Source: Acidothermus cellulolyticus 11B
Lineage (GTDB): Bacteria > Actinomycetota > Actinomycetes > Acidothermales > Acidothermaceae
Assembly (NCBI RefSeq): GCF_000015025.1
Contig: NC_008578.1
Location: 2,280,001 to 2,312,000, forward strand
DNA length: 32,000 bases
Direction of reading: 5' to 3'
Below the pieces are notes generated by a model, which was given only the letters and a program-made list of their open reading frames with translations, did no database searches and was not told the origin of the DNA. Position 1 is the stretch's first letter. The number at the start of each line of letters is the position of its first letter. Made by a program: the position numbers and the translations under genes. Positions 29,735 through 32,000 of this stretch are shown in pieces.

Positions 29735-30214
29735 TCAACGGCCTTGCGCACGGTACGCCGGCCACGGAGTCGGCGCGGCGCCGCCGATTTGCCGGGAGAA
29801 TTCGCCCAGGAACCAGTGCCGGTAGTGAACGAGCTCCGGAGGGGTGGCGAGGGTGAGCAAATGCTGGCCTTGACGGCAGTACTCATCCGCCTCGTCAAGC
29901 AGTTCGCCCAGATGAACGGCCGCGTCGGCGACATCGGCCGGAACTCGATAATGGACGTCGATTTCGGCCGCCCCGGAGACGCGCGCTTCGTCAAGGAGCC
30001 GATCCTGTTCACGGGTGAAACCAACGTAACGCCCCGTCAGCTCGTCAATCAGATCAATCAGCCGCTTCGGCAGGGCCCTGACACCATCGTGTTCACCGAG
30101 TTGTTCGGCGATGAGATACATCTCGCGCAGGAGTTCGGCGGAATGTTCTCCCGCCTGCGCATGCAAGAGCACCGGTATGCGCAGCAATTGGACGTCGTGC
30201 AACGGTTCGGTCAC
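29735..30214 (-). CDS. hypothetical helical protein, translationally coupled to the RsbW-like kinase
   Basis: 159 aa. GTG 30212-30214 overlaps the kinase TGA (GTGA). Sequence has …LLRIPVLLHAQAGEHSAELLREMYLIAEQL…LLTLATPPELVHYRHWFLGEF…. It is not STAS-like by eye. Confidence 0.6.
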   Translation of the reverse strand: MTEPLHDVQLLRIPVLLHAQAGEHSAELLREMYLIAEQLGEHDGVRALPKRLIDLIDELTGRYVGFTREQDRLLDEARVSGAAEIDVHYRVPADVADAAVHLGELLDEADEYCRQGQHLLTLATPPELVHYRHWFLGEFSRQIGGAAPTPWPAYRAQGR

Positions 30215-30759
30215 GCCGCCCGTACCACGCGGTTTCGCTCGGTGCGCCGCGCGTCACTCATGACCTGCGCACCTCCGTTCCGATCACTGTAGCGAGCCGG
30301 CGGCACGACATCGGGCGGTTCGACGCCCCACTCACCGAAACCGTGCCGCTCCGCGTTCCCCGGATCGCCGCCCGTGCCGTGACCGCCGCCGCTGGTACGC
30401 GGAACCTCGCACCAGACGGTCTTGCTCGACGGTCCCACCTCTTCTCCCCACGCACGAGCGAGTTCAGCTATCACGCGCAACCCGCGACCTGTGGTGGCGA
30501 CGTCGGAGAAATTTCGCCGAACCGCCCGGATCCACGGCGCCTCGTCGATCACCTCGACCCGTACGGACGTTTCTCCTATCCAAAGCCGCACGACGAAAGC
30601 GGTGCCGGCATGCAAGATCGCATTGGTAGCCAGCTCACTTACGATCTGAGTGACAACCCACTCGTCAGCTGAAGCACCCGCCTCATTCAGCGCGGAGCGC
30701 GCGAAGCGCCGAGCGGCCGCGACGCTGCGCGGATCCGGTTCGAACCGTGATTCGGGCAC
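30211..30759 (-). CDS. ATP-binding protein, RsbW/SpoIIAB-like anti-sigma Ser/Thr kinase fold (HATPase_c_2) with Gly-rich C-terminal tail
   Basis: DPRSVAAARRFARSAL…VSELATNAILHA (N-box)…TTGRGLRVIAELARAWG (G-box). Confidence 0.8.
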   Translation of the reverse strand: MPESRFEPDPRSVAAARRFARSALNEAGASADEWVVTQIVSELATNAILHAGTAFVVRLWIGETSVRVEVIDEAPWIRAVRRNFSDVATTGRGLRVIAELARAWGEEVGPSSKTVWCEVPRTSGGGHGTGGDPGNAERHGFGEWGVEPPDVVPPARYSDRNGGAQVMSDARRTERNRVVRAA

Positions 30760-30839
30760 GGACGGATTTTAGGCCGATTCACCAGCGACGAGAACACCAG
30801 GGCCGGGAGCCTCCGGGTGCGTCGCGCCGCGATAGGAGA

Positions 30840-32000
30840 TCACACGCCCAGTCCGGTCGCGCCATCCGACGGTTGAGCACCGCTTTCTGCAGGGTGATAT
30901 GGGCTGCCTTCTGCCGCGGGGTATACGACGAGGTCGGTCGCTTTGACGGCAAACCATGCGTCATCACCGACCCGTAACCGGAGCAGGGCGAGTGATTCGG
31001 CGGTAATATCTGCGATCATATTCGCCGGACGTGACACGCCAAGGCGGACGACGTGACCGTACTCCTCCACACTCGTCACGCGGGCTTTCCAACAGTTGCG
31101 CGGACTGCCGTCCGGCCGCTCGCGGTACACGGCGACAGCGCTTGGCCGCACGGCGACGAAGACATCACCGACAGGCGCGTCGACCACCTGCCATTCCATT
31201 CCGGTTCCGAGTCGAATCACCCGTCCGTCACACACCCCCCGGTGCAGATTGATCCCACAGAGCCGTGCCACGTACTCCGTGCGCGGATGGGATGCAACCG
31301 CCGCCGGGGCGCCGCGTTGCACCACCCTGCCGGATTCCATCACGACAAGGTGATCCGCCAGGACGAACGCATCCATCGGGTCGTGGGTCACCACAATGAC
31401 ACCGCCGGGAAATGTCGTGAGCATCTCCCGCAGCTCGGCCCGCACGCTCATTCGCGTCCCAATGTCGAGGGCGGCAAGCGGCTCGTCCAGCAGAAGGACG
31501 GTTGGATCGACGGCGAGCGCCCGGGCGAGTGCGACGCGCTGGGCTTGACCTCCCGAGATCTCGGTCGGACGCCGATGCGCGAGCGCCCCGACGCCGAAGC
31601 GATCCAGCAGCTGCTGTGCCCGGCGTCGCGCGGCGGCTTTTCTGACTCCGTGAGCCCGCAGACCAAAGGCAACGTTATCCAATACCGTCATCCGGGGAAA
31701 GAGAACGTAATCCTGCGGAACGTAGCCGACCTGTCGCTCCCGCGGGCTGAGCCTGATCCGGTCCGCATCGTCTACGATGCGGCCGCCGATCGCGATGAAT
31801 CCAGCGGTCAACCGCTCCAGACCGGCAATCGCTCGCAGCAATGTGCTCTTGCCGGCGCCGCTGGGACCGAGGACGGCGAGAATTTCACCCGGTGCAACGG
31901 ACAGGGCCGCATCCAGCCTGAAAGTGTCGCGTCGCACGACGGCGTGGACGTCCAGCCCCGGGTGTCGTGGCGTCGTGTCCGTTGGTTCCGGCATGCTCAC
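30840..32000 (-). CDS. ABC transporter ATP-binding protein with C-terminal TOBE/Mop domain (ModC-like molybdate/sulfate importer ATPase); start at or near the window edge
   Basis: Walker A GPSGAGKST, signature ISGGQAQRVALARAL, Walker B LLLDEPLAALD, and a C-terminal TOBE-like beta domain. Candidate starts are ATG 31992-31994 or GTG 31998-32000. Confidence 0.85.
   Translation of the reverse strand: MSMPEPTDTTPRHPGLDVHAVVRRDTFRLDAALSVAPGEILAVLGPSGAGKSTLLRAIAGLERLTAGFIAIGGRIVDDADRIRLSPRERQVGYVPQDYVLFPRMTVLDNVAFGLRAHGVRKAAARRRAQQLLDRFGVGALAHRRPTEISGGQAQRVALARALAVDPTVLLLDEPLAALDIGTRMSVRAELREMLTTFPGGVIVVTHDPMDAFVLADHLVVMESGRVVQRGAPAAVASHPRTEYVARLCGINLHRGVCDGRVIRLGTGMEWQVVDAPVGDVFVAVRPSAVAVYRERPDGSPRNCWKARVTSVEEYGHVVRLGVSRPANMIADITAESLALLRLRVGDDAWFAVKATDLVVYPAAEGSPYHPAESGAQPSDGATGLGV

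Overview
This is a high-GC (roughly 68-70% by eye) actinobacterial chromosome segment; the mycothiol synthase mshD and the orphan regulator glnR place it in Actinobacteria, and the genus cannot be determined from sequence alone. Positions 1-22000 are conserved housekeeping synteny. In order: a yqeY-like gene (partial), a metallophosphoesterase, tRNA-Pro, dps, an S9 peptidase, a BNR/Asp-box lipoprotein, the ask-asd operon, a lipoprotein, recR-DUF5063, dnaX, SRP RNA, tRNA-Ser, cspA, a second tRNA-Ser, tadA plus its associated protein, a five-gene translationally coupled chain (moaD-like, lmeA-like, pntAA, pntAB, pntB), glnR, mshD, and pit plus DUF47. From about 22 kb the window looks more accessory. 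It has long lower-GC intergenic regions with short tandem-repeat arrays. It carries a FliA/WhiG-family (sigma-28) sigma factor divergent from a coupled FlgN-like plus unknown gene pair, with no flagellar structural genes in view. It also carries a compositionally mosaic GH18 chitinase with a DasR/dre-like operator pair, a PIG-V-like membrane mannosyltransferase divergent from a YcgR-like PilZ protein with canonical c-di-GMP motifs, an RsbW-like kinase coupled to an unknown helical protein, and a ModC-like ABC ATPase. I saw no transposase, integrase, CRISPR array, rRNA or obvious defence genes. The best candidate for something undescribed is the orphan sigma-28, FlgN-like, PilZ and RsbW-like regulatory neighbourhood and its flanking repeat arrays. 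All functional calls come from reading the translations and motifs from memory; no database search was run.
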